From an uncultured delta proteobacterium (GTDB lineage: Bacteria; Desulfobacterota; Binatia; UBA9968): a stretch of DNA of 25,167 bases. Below are positions 8,955-17,686 of the stretch, piece after piece. Under the pieces are notes generated by a model. That model was not told where the DNA came from and made no database searches. It worked only from the letters and a program-made list of their open reading frames with translations. The position numbers were made by a program, and so were the translations under genes. Where the stretch lies: contig CAVUZH010000021.1 of assembly GCA_963745835.1 (NCBI GenBank), forward strand, positions 1 to 25,167. The letters run 5' to 3'. Numbering within the stretch: position 1 is the stretch's first letter; every line of letters starts with the position of its first letter.

Positions 8955-10157
8955 ATGAATCAGGCTGATGCCGGACTGCCGCAGATTTCCGTGAATGAGC
9001 GTGATCGACGCTATGCTTTGATCCGACAGGAACTGAGAAATGCGAATGTCGATTGTGCCATCGCGACCGGTACCAATCTTTTTTACGTTACTAACGGGAT
9101 TCTCGGTGAAATGTTCGGTTTGTTGCCTGCGACAGATGATCCGCCCACAGTGGTTATCAATTTTCGCCAACTGGCCGATATTTCCGTCGATGTGCTGCTA
9201 GACATGCAAGAGTGGATTCGAGATATCAGGGGCGGTGTGGATGGCTCACAAATCATCGCAAGAATTAAGGAGCTCAAGCTCGAGAAAGCAACTTTGGGGC
9301 TAGCCGGATATGCCAATATTAATCAGGCGTTCTATGGGCAACTTCAAAAAGCCTTCCCGGAAGCGAAGTTTGCGGACGTATCCAGCATTTTTACCAATGC
9401 AAGAACTATCAAAAGCGAAGAGGAAATCGCCATGATCGAGATGGCGAACCGGATTTTCGACCAGGCGGTGGAGAGAGTTTGCGAAGTCGCCAGGCCTGGC
9501 ATGCTGGGCCGGCGGGTGCTGCAGGAAGGTATCAACGCGATGTGGGCAGCGGGCGGGGATATGCATTCAAGTTTCAACCTGCATTTCGGTTCTGTTCCGA
9601 AGCAGAATCCGGTGCTCATGCAGATTTGTCTCGATCGAGCCATACAAAAGGGAGACATCGGAACTCTGACGGCCCACGCCGAATATCGTCACTATGCCGG
9701 ACACAGCGATCACCAGTTGTCGATCGGCGAGCCGAAGCCGCTTCATCGGGATTTGTTCAAAGCAGTATTGAACGTCAGAGAGAAAGTTCTTGGCACGGTC
9801 AGAGAGGGCGTGACGCATTTGGACCTGGTGGAAACATACCGCAAAGCCGTGGCGGAGACCGGATTTCGATCCTCGCCACACTCGCAGACTCATCAATACG
9901 GCATCGATGTTCCCGAATTTCCGGGACCGGTGTTTAACGTTCCGGATCCTTCAAAGGAACAACTCAGTAAGACTCTCGGTTTAGGATTTAGAGGAAGCAA
10001 TTTCACGTTAAAAGCAGGCATGGTTTACAGCATCTCGCCGACTTTGCTCGCCGATTCCGGCGACGACACCATGCTGGCAGGCACCACGGTAGTTGTTACT
10101 AAAGACGGCTATCGTGAACTCGGTGATCGCAAACTGGAATTGTCTGTTTGTAGGTGA
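8955..10157 (+). CDS. M24 (Xaa-Pro peptidase/creatinase) fold hydrolase with degenerate metal site
   Basis: ATG at 8955 with RBS aaggagg. Creatinase-type N-domain, RTIKSEEEIA, LKAGMVYSISP and VVVTKDGYREL. Confidence 0.85.
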   Translation: MNQADAGLPQISVNERDRRYALIRQELRNANVDCAIATGTNLFYVTNGILGEMFGLLPATDDPPTVVINFRQLADISVDVLLDMQEWIRDIRGGVDGSQIIARIKELKLEKATLGLAGYANINQAFYGQLQKAFPEAKFADVSSIFTNARTIKSEEEIAMIEMANRIFDQAVERVCEVARPGMLGRRVLQEGINAMWAAGGDMHSSFNLHFGSVPKQNPVLMQICLDRAIQKGDIGTLTAHAEYRHYAGHSDHQLSIGEPKPLHRDLFKAVLNVREKVLGTVREGVTHLDLVETYRKAVAETGFRSSPHSQTHQYGIDVPEFPGPVFNVPDPSKEQLSKTLGLGFRGSNFTLKAGMVYSISPTLLADSGDDTMLAGTTVVVTKDGYRELGDRKLELSVCR

Positions 10158-10387
10158 CGAGTTTCCTCGTGCCGAGTGATTGGTGCTGCAGGTAGTCGGC
10201 ACCAAAAGATCAGATGACGGCCGCCGGCAATCAGTCCAAGCCGCGAAGTAGAGCTTTCCTTTGCTGGCAGCATGATATGAGCGACCAGCGTTCTCGAGAG
10301 AGCCACCACTACGATCTGCTTTGTGGCGGGCGAGGCAGGGATGGCTCTCTGCATTTTCGAATCAAAGCTTTTGTCTGCAGGTGAGCG

Positions 10388-12004
10388 ATGGGAGAGAAGA
10401 TCTACAACACATCGGTTTTGATAATCGGCGCTGGTCCGGTTGGACTGGCGCTAGCTCTGGAGCTGGGTTTACGTGGGATTCCATGCCTGATCGTTGACCA
10501 GCGTGACGGGAAAGTCACGCTGCCCAAGATGAATACGGTAAATACCCGAACGATGGAATTCTGCCGACGCTGGGGCGTTGCCACGAAAATCAAGCAAGCG
10601 GGCATCGGCGAAGACTATCCCCTGGACATCCGGTTCATCACCAGTATGGCCGGCTACGAGCTGCTGCGCTTTCGTTACCCAACGTATCGCGAGCGCGGCA
10701 AGCTCGATTACACGCCGGAAGGCAACTGTGTCTGCTCACAGCTCTGGTTCGATCCGATACTGCTCGAGCGTGTCCGGTCGTTTCCCAACATCGAGGTGCG
10801 CCTGCGCACCCGCTTGGAATCGTTCTCGCAATCCGAGCAAAACGTGACTGCGGAGCTGCTCGATGCTGAATCAAATCAGCGGAAAACCGTGCGCGCGTCG
10901 TACCTGATCGGCTGCGACGGCGCCGACAGTTCGGTGAGAGAAATTTCGGGCATCACATTGCACGGCGATCCGCGTCTCAATTCGAACTTGAACGTGTTTT
11001 TTAGCTGCCCTGAATTCGTTTCCATGCAACACGGCAGACCGGCGCAAATGCATCGCATTGTCGGTGCCGAAGGCATGTGGGGCAACATGCATGCATTAGA
11101 CGGCAAGGGTCTATGGCGCATGACTGTGCAACTGAAAGGCGACTCTCAACCACCGATCGAGTCCATTATACGGCGAGTGGCCGGTTGCGACGTGCAGTTT
11201 CAGGTGCTGGCGGTCTATAAATGGGATCGCCGGAAGATGATCGCCGAGCATTATAGAACGGGCCGCGTGTTTTTGGCTGGGGATGCCGCGCACCAGATGT
11301 CGACCACCGGCGGCTTTGGCATGAACACCGGCATCGGTGATGCGGTCGATCTTGCATGGAAGCTTCAGGCGGCGCTGCAAGGTTGGGCTGGGCCGGCGCT
11401 GCTGGATAGCTACGAAACTGAGCGAAAACCCGTCGCGCTCTACAACCTGGACGAGGCGACGGACATGTTTTGGAAAACCAAAGCGCTGCTGCCAGGGGAT
11501 GAAACGCTCTCGGAGAATTCGCCGAAAGGCGAGCGCTTGCGCGAGCTATTCGCCAAAACGCTCATCGAGAGTAATGTGCAGCGGCAATTCGATGTCGAGG
11601 GCGTGGCGCTGGGGTACCGTTACGATCCTTCGCCGATCATTGTGCCGGACGGCACCCCACCGCCGCCCGCCGACGTACAGGTCTATACGCCAACGGCACG
11701 TCCCGGATCGCGCGCGCCGCACGCGTGGCTGGAGGACGGCCGATCGACGTTGGATCTTTTCGGCAATGGCTTTACCCTGTTGCGATTTGGCGGCGATTCT
11801 CCCGATCTGTCCGATGTGGTTGCGGCCGCGCACGCCGCCGGCCTGCCGTTAACCGTTTACGATATCGATGAAGCGTCGGTCGCAGCTCTCTACGAGCGTA
11901 AGTTGGTACTCGTGCGCTCCGACGGGCACGTCGCTTGGCGTTCCGATTATCCGCCTGAGAATGCGCGGAGCTTGATCGACCAGGTGCGCGGCGCGCTGGG
12001 ATGA
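10388..12004 (+). CDS. FAD-dependent monooxygenase (class A aromatic hydroxylase, PheA/TfdB/RdmE-like)
   Basis: GAGPVG Rossmann motif, GCDGADS, RVFLAGDAAH, GGFGMNTG, LLDSYETER, PGSRAPH and C-terminal LVRSDGHVAWR. Confidence 0.93.
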   Translation: MGEKIYNTSVLIIGAGPVGLALALELGLRGIPCLIVDQRDGKVTLPKMNTVNTRTMEFCRRWGVATKIKQAGIGEDYPLDIRFITSMAGYELLRFRYPTYRERGKLDYTPEGNCVCSQLWFDPILLERVRSFPNIEVRLRTRLESFSQSEQNVTAELLDAESNQRKTVRASYLIGCDGADSSVREISGITLHGDPRLNSNLNVFFSCPEFVSMQHGRPAQMHRIVGAEGMWGNMHALDGKGLWRMTVQLKGDSQPPIESIIRRVAGCDVQFQVLAVYKWDRRKMIAEHYRTGRVFLAGDAAHQMSTTGGFGMNTGIGDAVDLAWKLQAALQGWAGPALLDSYETERKPVALYNLDEATDMFWKTKALLPGDETLSENSPKGERLRELFAKTLIESNVQRQFDVEGVALGYRYDPSPIIVPDGTPPPPADVQVYTPTARPGSRAPHAWLEDGRSTLDLFGNGFTLLRFGGDSPDLSDVVAAAHAAGLPLTVYDIDEASVAALYERKLVLVRSDGHVAWRSDYPPENARSLIDQVRGALG

Positions 12005-12050
12005 AGGCGGCTTTGCACATGTTTCGTCTTGACGAAAGAGGAGTGGAGCC

Positions 12051-12230
12051 TTGCGCGAACTGATCAAAAAGTTGGATGCCGAATACGGCTTTAATCTAAG
12101 CGAGTCGGAGATCGACCTCATCGTCCGGCAGGCTCAAAAAGCGGACGAGCTCCTGCGTTCCTTGCACACGCTCGATCTTCCAGAAATCGCTCCGCTGATG
12201 AAGATTGACCGGCAGGAAACCCATGAATGA
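12051..12230 (+). CDS. Small 59-aa GatC/AtzG-like amidase partner protein (absent from the ORF track)
   Basis: TTG start 7 nt after RBS gaggag. Translation MRELIKKLDAEYGFNLSESEIDLIVRQAQKADELLRSLHTLDLPEIAPLMKIDRQETHE. Its 3' end overlaps the amidase start by 8 nt. Confidence 0.7.
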   Translation: MRELIKKLDAEYGFNLSESEIDLIVRQAQKADELLRSLHTLDLPEIAPLMKIDRQETHE

Positions 12231-13662
12231 AAGCGATCTTCTCAATTTGACGATCACGGCGGCCGCGTCTCGGATTCGCAGTCGCGAATTGTCTCCCGTG
12301 GAATTGACGCGCTCGTATTTAGCGCGAATTCAGAAATTCAATCCGGTCCTCAATGCCTATCAAACACTGACGGCCGAAGCGGCCCTGGCCGATGCCGAAG
12401 CCGCGGAAAAAGAAATTGTCGCAGGGAAATATCGCGGCCGGCTGCACGGTATCCCAGTTTCCATCAAAGATAATCTGGCGACCCGCGGCATCAAAACTAC
12501 CGCAGGGTCGAAGATGCTCGCCGATTGGATTCCAGAATTTGACGCCACCGTAGTGGCTCGCCTCAAGAACGCCGGCGCGGTGGTTCTCGGCAAAACCAAT
12601 ATGCATGAGTGGGCAGCCGGTGGTACCACGATCAATCCGTACTTCGGAACCACGTTCAATCCATGGGATTTGTCGAGGATTCCCGGCGGTTCGAGCGGCG
12701 GCTCAGCGGCGGCGGTCGCGGCTGATTTGTGTCTGGCCTCGATCGGCACCGACAATGCCGGTTCGGTCAGAAATCCCGCGGCGATGTGCGGCGTCGTCGG
12801 CCTGAAGCCGACCTACGGACGGGTCAGTGTTTTCGGCGGAGTGGCGGGGACCGGGGGATATTCCACCAACCACTTCGGTGTTTTCAGCAAGACCGCGCAG
12901 GACAGCGCTTTGGTTCTGCAGGTCATCGCAGGCAAGGATGACAAGGATCCGTTAAGCTCGGCTGCTTCGGTCGCAGACTATTCGACAGCGTTAAAGACGG
13001 GTGTGAGGGGCAAGAAGTTCGGTCTCATCATGGATTATTTCGACGACCTCGTGACCGGTGAATCTGAGAAGCTCTTCTCGCAAGCGATTCAATCGCTGGA
13101 ATTCCTCGGTATGAGGCCCGAGAAGATCTCGATTCCGCACGCATCGCTAATCCCCGCAGTGCAGCTGGCCACCAGCCGGGTGGAGAATGCCGCGGCGCAC
13201 GATCACTATCTGAGAACCCAACCGCGCAATTACAGCCCGGATATTCTTTATCGCCACATTCATGCGCTGACGATTCCGGCGACCACCTATGTCGCCGCTC
13301 AAAAGGTCCGACGAATTTTATGCGATGAGTTCGCAACGTCATTCAAGTCGGTAAGCGTAATCGTCACTCCGGTATCGATTCCGGCGCCGACGGTCGAAGA
13401 GTGCCGGCAAGGCTTCGCGATTATTGACGGCAAGAAAGTAAACTTCCAAGATAGTCGCGGCAGCTATTGGGGACTGAGCACGATTCCATTCAACGTGACG
13501 GGACTGCCGGCGATTTGCGTCTGTTGCGGGTTCTCGTCATCAGGTCTGCCTCTCGCGATTCAAATCGCCGGTTCGCCGTTCGAAGAAAGCGCGGTACTCC
13601 AAACGGCCCACGCCTACGAGCAGGACGCACAATGGTACAAAAGAAGACCGAGCCTGTCTTGA
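12223..13662 (+). CDS. Amidase-signature family amidase (GatA/AtzE-like)
   Basis: Catalytic Lys in LHGIPVSIKD, plus LGKTNMHE, GGSSGGS, GTDNAGSVRNPA, GLKPTYGRVS and PFNVTGLPA. Confidence 0.93.
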   Translation: MNESDLLNLTITAAASRIRSRELSPVELTRSYLARIQKFNPVLNAYQTLTAEAALADAEAAEKEIVAGKYRGRLHGIPVSIKDNLATRGIKTTAGSKMLADWIPEFDATVVARLKNAGAVVLGKTNMHEWAAGGTTINPYFGTTFNPWDLSRIPGGSSGGSAAAVAADLCLASIGTDNAGSVRNPAAMCGVVGLKPTYGRVSVFGGVAGTGGYSTNHFGVFSKTAQDSALVLQVIAGKDDKDPLSSAASVADYSTALKTGVRGKKFGLIMDYFDDLVTGESEKLFSQAIQSLEFLGMRPEKISIPHASLIPAVQLATSRVENAAAHDHYLRTQPRNYSPDILYRHIHALTIPATTYVAAQKVRRILCDEFATSFKSVSVIVTPVSIPAPTVEECRQGFAIIDGKKVNFQDSRGSYWGLSTIPFNVTGLPAICVCCGFSSSGLPLAIQIAGSPFEESAVLQTAHAYEQDAQWYKRRPSLS

Positions 13663-13720
13663 ATATTCAATTTTCTTTAGCGGATCGACGCAGGGCTCAG
13701 TATGGTTTTAGGAGAAGTCC

Positions 13721-15106
13721 ATGGCCTATCGAGATCTGAGAGCATTTCTGGCGCGTTTGGAAGAAGTGGATGAACTGGTTCGTATCGCTGTCGAAGTCGA
13801 TCCCGTTCATGAAGTCGCCGCTGTTTGCAGAAAACTCTTAAACGACGGCGGACCCGCCGTATGCTTCGATCGTCTGAAGGGGCAGCGCATGCCGCTCGTA
13901 TCGAATATCGTCGCTACTCGCGCGCGCTTTGCGATGGCTCTGGAGACATCGCCGGAAGATCTGGCTTCCGAGTTGGCGACGCGCATGGCTAAGAAAATTG
14001 ATCCGGTGGTGGTCAAGAATGCGGCATGCAAGGAGAACGTCATCTCGAGCAAAGATGTGAACCTATACGATTTACCAATTCCAGTATGGAGCGAACTGGA
14101 CGGCGGGCCGTTTCTCACGCTTCCTTGTGATATCAGCAAGGATCCCCAGACTGGAATAAGAAACGCCGCGATCTACCGCTCTCAAGTCTTTGACCGAAAT
14201 ACTATAGGAATTCATGGGTCGGCGTATCGTCATCTTTTCCGGCATCGGGCCAAGGCCGGGCAAGATAAAGGGTTTCCGCTCGCCATCGCAATGGGTTGCG
14301 ATCCGACCATTCATATCGCTTCGGCAACGCCGATGCCGGTAGACTACGACGAGCTGGCGTTGGCGGGAGCGCTTCGCGGCGAACCCGTGGAGCTTGTGCC
14401 GTGCGAAACGATACCGCTGGAAGTTCCCGCCACCTCCGAGATCGTGCTGGAAGGCTATATCAAGCCAAACAGTGAAACCCGGCGCGAGGGCCCCTTCGGC
14501 GACTGGCTGGGATACTATGACGAACAAAGCCAGTGCCCAACTATGGAGGTAACAACAATTACGCATCGTCATCAACCGATCATGTTGGCATCTTTTGAGG
14601 GACGGCCACCACACGACAGCGCGGTTATCAACAGCGTGATGTTCGAGCAAGAATTGATGCGCGCGGTGTCGCTGCCGGGGATAAAAAAAATTCACGTCCA
14701 CGACGCGGGCGGCCTCACCGCCGTTGCCGCCTTGGAAAATAAGAGCGAAGGATATGCACGACAAATGGCGTTGGCGCTGTTGGGCACTTGGCCGGGTCGC
14801 CATATTAAAGTACTGATTCTGATCGACGCGGATCTTGATCCCGGCAATGCTACCGACGTGAACTGGGCGTTGTCGACTCGCTTCCAACCCGACCGCGACA
14901 TCCAGGTTCTCCACAACTTGGTGGGAAGCCGGCTCGATCCTTCAACCCATCATCACTCGACTTCCAAAATCATTATCGACGCCACAAAAATTGAGACACA
15001 GGATCAGCCGACGGAATGCTGGCCCCACAAGGACGTTTGGCAACGAGTTCTTGCCGACTGGGCGCGCTACGGCGTTTCTAACAGGATCCGCCGCTCGCAC
15101 GGATGA
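13721..15106 (+). CDS. UbiD-family prFMN-dependent (de)carboxylase
   Basis: RBS aggag. Motifs YRDLRAFL, DGGPF, RNAAIYR, YDELALAG, EIVLEG, EGPFGDWLGYY, WALSTRFQP, LDPS and KIIIDATK. Confidence 0.93.
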   Translation: MAYRDLRAFLARLEEVDELVRIAVEVDPVHEVAAVCRKLLNDGGPAVCFDRLKGQRMPLVSNIVATRARFAMALETSPEDLASELATRMAKKIDPVVVKNAACKENVISSKDVNLYDLPIPVWSELDGGPFLTLPCDISKDPQTGIRNAAIYRSQVFDRNTIGIHGSAYRHLFRHRAKAGQDKGFPLAIAMGCDPTIHIASATPMPVDYDELALAGALRGEPVELVPCETIPLEVPATSEIVLEGYIKPNSETRREGPFGDWLGYYDEQSQCPTMEVTTITHRHQPIMLASFEGRPPHDSAVINSVMFEQELMRAVSLPGIKKIHVHDAGGLTAVAALENKSEGYARQMALALLGTWPGRHIKVLILIDADLDPGNATDVNWALSTRFQPDRDIQVLHNLVGSRLDPSTHHHSTSKIIIDATKIETQDQPTECWPHKDVWQRVLADWARYGVSNRIRRSHG

Positions 15107-15149
15107 TCGCGCACGAAGGTTCGAGGCTGCAGGAACGAGGAGTCAGAAC

Positions 15150-16196
15150 GTGGAAATGATCTGTTTCGCATCCAGGTTGGTTAAAGGAAGCGGTTTTCCA
15201 GGAAAAACTCGACAAGCTCTTTTCGGAATCATTTTGGCGCTCTCCATAGTTGTATCTCCCCTCCCGGTTGTCGAGGCTCAGCCACTAAAAAAAGTCTATC
15301 TGGGCATCCCGTCTTCCGTAGTTCTCATGGGCAGCTTCTTTGTTGCCAAAGAGCAAGGATATTACAAGCAAGAAGGATTGGACGTGGATTTTGTCGTGAT
15401 CACGGGCGCCGGTGTGGTGCAAGCTCTCATCGGCGGCGATCTTCATTTTGCGATCTCTGCGGGCGCCGCTCTGGTGCCTATCCTCCGAGGCATTCCTCTC
15501 CGGTTCATATTCACATCTTTCAATCGGCCGATATTTTGGATCTACAGCAGGCCGGAAATACAATCGGTCGAAGGACTTAAGGGAAAACGGTTGGGTATTT
15601 CCAGTTTCGGAAGCGGCCCTGATGTCCTTCTTCACAGTTTCTTCAAGAAATATGGTCTTGATCGAGGCCGGGACGTTACGATGATGGCCATAGGGTCAAC
15701 CCCTTCCCGGGTGACTGCTCTTAAAACCGGCGTAATCGAAGCGGCGGTACTCCCCATCGAAGGCGCATTCGCAGCTCGGGATGCCGGCTTTCGCGAACTC
15801 GCGTCGTTTATAAAAGAGGATGATCTCGTCGATGTCTTGGGCAGCATCGTTACGAATCAGAAGCTGCTCGAAACCGATCCGAACTTGGTCGAGAAGTTTA
15901 TCAGGGCGAGTCTCAAAGGATTTCTCTATTATCGTGGTAATCGCCCAGGTTCGATTCGAATTCTCGCGAAAATACTAAAAACGAGCACCGACGAAGCGGC
16001 GCGAATCTACGATACGGTGATCCCGGCAACAACGAAGGATGGAACAGTCGATGCCGCGTTGCAAAGGAAAGCATTGGAATATGTCCTAGATCGGTTAGGA
16101 ACGAAAGAACCTCCCCCATTGGATCGAATCTACAATTATTCGATCACCAAGAATGCTTTCGCTGATCTACAAGCCAACGGGTGGGTGCCGCAATGA
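15150..16196 (+). CDS. ABC-type substrate-binding protein, SsuA/TauA/NMT1-THI5 family
   Basis: GTG at 15150 (RBS gaggag) or ATG at 15156. Hydrophobic signal ending VEAQ. Motifs VAKEQGYYKQEGLDV, ALIGGD and LKGKRLGISSFGS. Confidence 0.88.
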   Translation: MEMICFASRLVKGSGFPGKTRQALFGIILALSIVVSPLPVVEAQPLKKVYLGIPSSVVLMGSFFVAKEQGYYKQEGLDVDFVVITGAGVVQALIGGDLHFAISAGAALVPILRGIPLRFIFTSFNRPIFWIYSRPEIQSVEGLKGKRLGISSFGSGPDVLLHSFFKKYGLDRGRDVTMMAIGSTPSRVTALKTGVIEAAVLPIEGAFAARDAGFRELASFIKEDDLVDVLGSIVTNQKLLETDPNLVEKFIRASLKGFLYYRGNRPGSIRILAKILKTSTDEAARIYDTVIPATTKDGTVDAALQRKALEYVLDRLGTKEPPPLDRIYNYSITKNAFADLQANGWVPQ

Positions 16197-16321
16197 ACTA
16201 ATGAATCAAAAGGCACAACTGCTTATTTTAAAGTGGCGGAGCGGCTGTAGGACTACAGCGACAGCTCCGAGTTTTTGTCGGCTTGCCGGAATTGATCGTT
16301 TCGAAAACACAGGTATCAATC

Positions 16322-17302
16322 ATGATAACAAGATCCTTGCAATATGTCGTAATTTGCTTGGGAGCAATGTTGACGCTCGTGTCGTCAATCGAAGCTCGAA
16401 CCATCAATGTGGCCATACCCTGTTACTGTTTCCAGTACGTACCTTTCTTTGTCGCCAAGGACAGAGGATATTATCGAGAAGAAGATTTAGATGTGCAATT
16501 GGTTGTGATGGGTGGTGGTATCGGACTGCGAGCCCTTATCGGCGGAAACGTAGAATTCGCGGCAACCGGCGAGCCTGCGGTGCTCTCTGCCCACCTCAGT
16601 GGAGCGCGCCTCCAGATTCTTTTCAGCAGCTATTACAGGCCGTTGCTCTGGCTGTACTCTGATCCGAAAATCAGGTCTATTACAGACCTGAAGGGAAAGA
16701 AAATTGGAGTTTCGGGTATCGGTGCCGCGACAGATACATTAATGCGCGACATCCTGAAGAAGCATGGCATTGAGGGAGGCCGCGAAGTGGTAATGCTCGC
16801 GCTAGGATCTCCCGACGCGCGCTTTATTGCTCTAAAGACGGGAAATGTCGACGCCGCTGTTCTTCCTGAAGGGTTGAAATTTGTTGCCGACGAAGCGGGA
16901 TTACACGAGTTGGTTTCCTTCCTTAATGAAGATGTCTATTTATTGTCGGGAAGCGTCGGCGCTCGAGAAAATTTAATCACGAGCGATCGAAGTCTAGTAG
17001 AAAAATTCCTTCGAGGAACTGTAAAAGGATTGCTCTATACTCAATCCAATCGATCGGCCGCTCTGCCGTATGTAGTGCGGACCCTGAAGGTAAAAGAAAG
17101 CCATGCAGAAAAAATTTTCGATTTGTCCTTACCGGGGTTTACCCGCGGTGGATTTGTCGATGAAAAACTTCAAAAGGAAGCGTATCGCCAAGCCGTTGAT
17201 CGTCTAGCAATAAAAGAACCTCCTCCGGTAGACAGAGTCTTCAATTACAGCATAACAAGAAACATTTTGGCTGATCTTGAATCGAAAAGGTGGAAACCAT
17301 GA
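16322..17302 (+). CDS. ABC-type substrate-binding protein, paralog of the upstream SBP
   Basis: ATG at 16322 with signal ending IEA. Motifs VAKDRGYYREEDLDV and DLKGKKIGVS. C-terminus KEPPPVDRVFNYSIT mirrors KEPPPLDRIYNYSIT of the neighbour. Confidence 0.88.
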   Translation: MITRSLQYVVICLGAMLTLVSSIEARTINVAIPCYCFQYVPFFVAKDRGYYREEDLDVQLVVMGGGIGLRALIGGNVEFAATGEPAVLSAHLSGARLQILFSSYYRPLLWLYSDPKIRSITDLKGKKIGVSGIGAATDTLMRDILKKHGIEGGREVVMLALGSPDARFIALKTGNVDAAVLPEGLKFVADEAGLHELVSFLNEDVYLLSGSVGARENLITSDRSLVEKFLRGTVKGLLYTQSNRSAALPYVVRTLKVKESHAEKIFDLSLPGFTRGGFVDEKLQKEAYRQAVDRLAIKEPPPVDRVFNYSITRNILADLESKRWKP

Positions 17303-17686
17303 TAAACGCGGTCGCAGACGAAGACATCGTATCCTTGAGGCGAAAATAAAAATCGTACATCGACGAAAAGTCGGAGTCGAATGAGCGGAACAAAATACGT
17401 CGAGTGCGACAAGTTGATTCAGCCACTGTTTGTCGGACGAAACACGTCAATTGCTTATGCGCTCACCGCCTGCTCACTACAAAACAGATCCAAAGATCCG
17501 ATTGCTCCTGACTCTGTCACAAAAGATCCGGCTTCCACTTTGAGATGGTTCTCCAAGCGGCCTGCGAGATGCTAAGCAGCAAAGAATGCAGGGTGACCGT
17601 CTGGTTGCCCCTAAGCTGGAAATTCAGGGACCGGCTGATTTGCGCGACGCAATTTGCCCGATTAAATCCAAGCTCTAGCGATAACA

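Noticed and set aside
12051-13662. gatC-gatA of the tRNA-dependent amidotransferase
   Set aside because: No gatB follows, the context is catabolic, and I do not see the GatA-specific SNLARxDG-type segment.
14072-14914. Long antisense/shadow ORFs (280 aa here; also 889-1641, 6842-7471, 19378-19959, 19972-20541 and others)
   Set aside because: They lie mostly or entirely within well-supported genes and show no recognisable motifs; expected in GC-rich DNA.
13721-15106. ubiD for ubiquinone/menaquinone biosynthesis
   Set aside because: No quinone biosynthesis genes nearby; only family-level assignment is supportable.
14991-15149. N-terminal extension of the 401-aa SBP ORF
   Set aside because: Overlaps the UbiD 3' end; a better RBS and start occur at 15150/15156.
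17299-17686. Further operon gene starting at the ATGA overlap after the last SBP
   Set aside because: The frame closes after 16 codons (MINAVADEDIVSLRRK) and downstream frames show nothing recognisable; at most an unidentifiable remnant.
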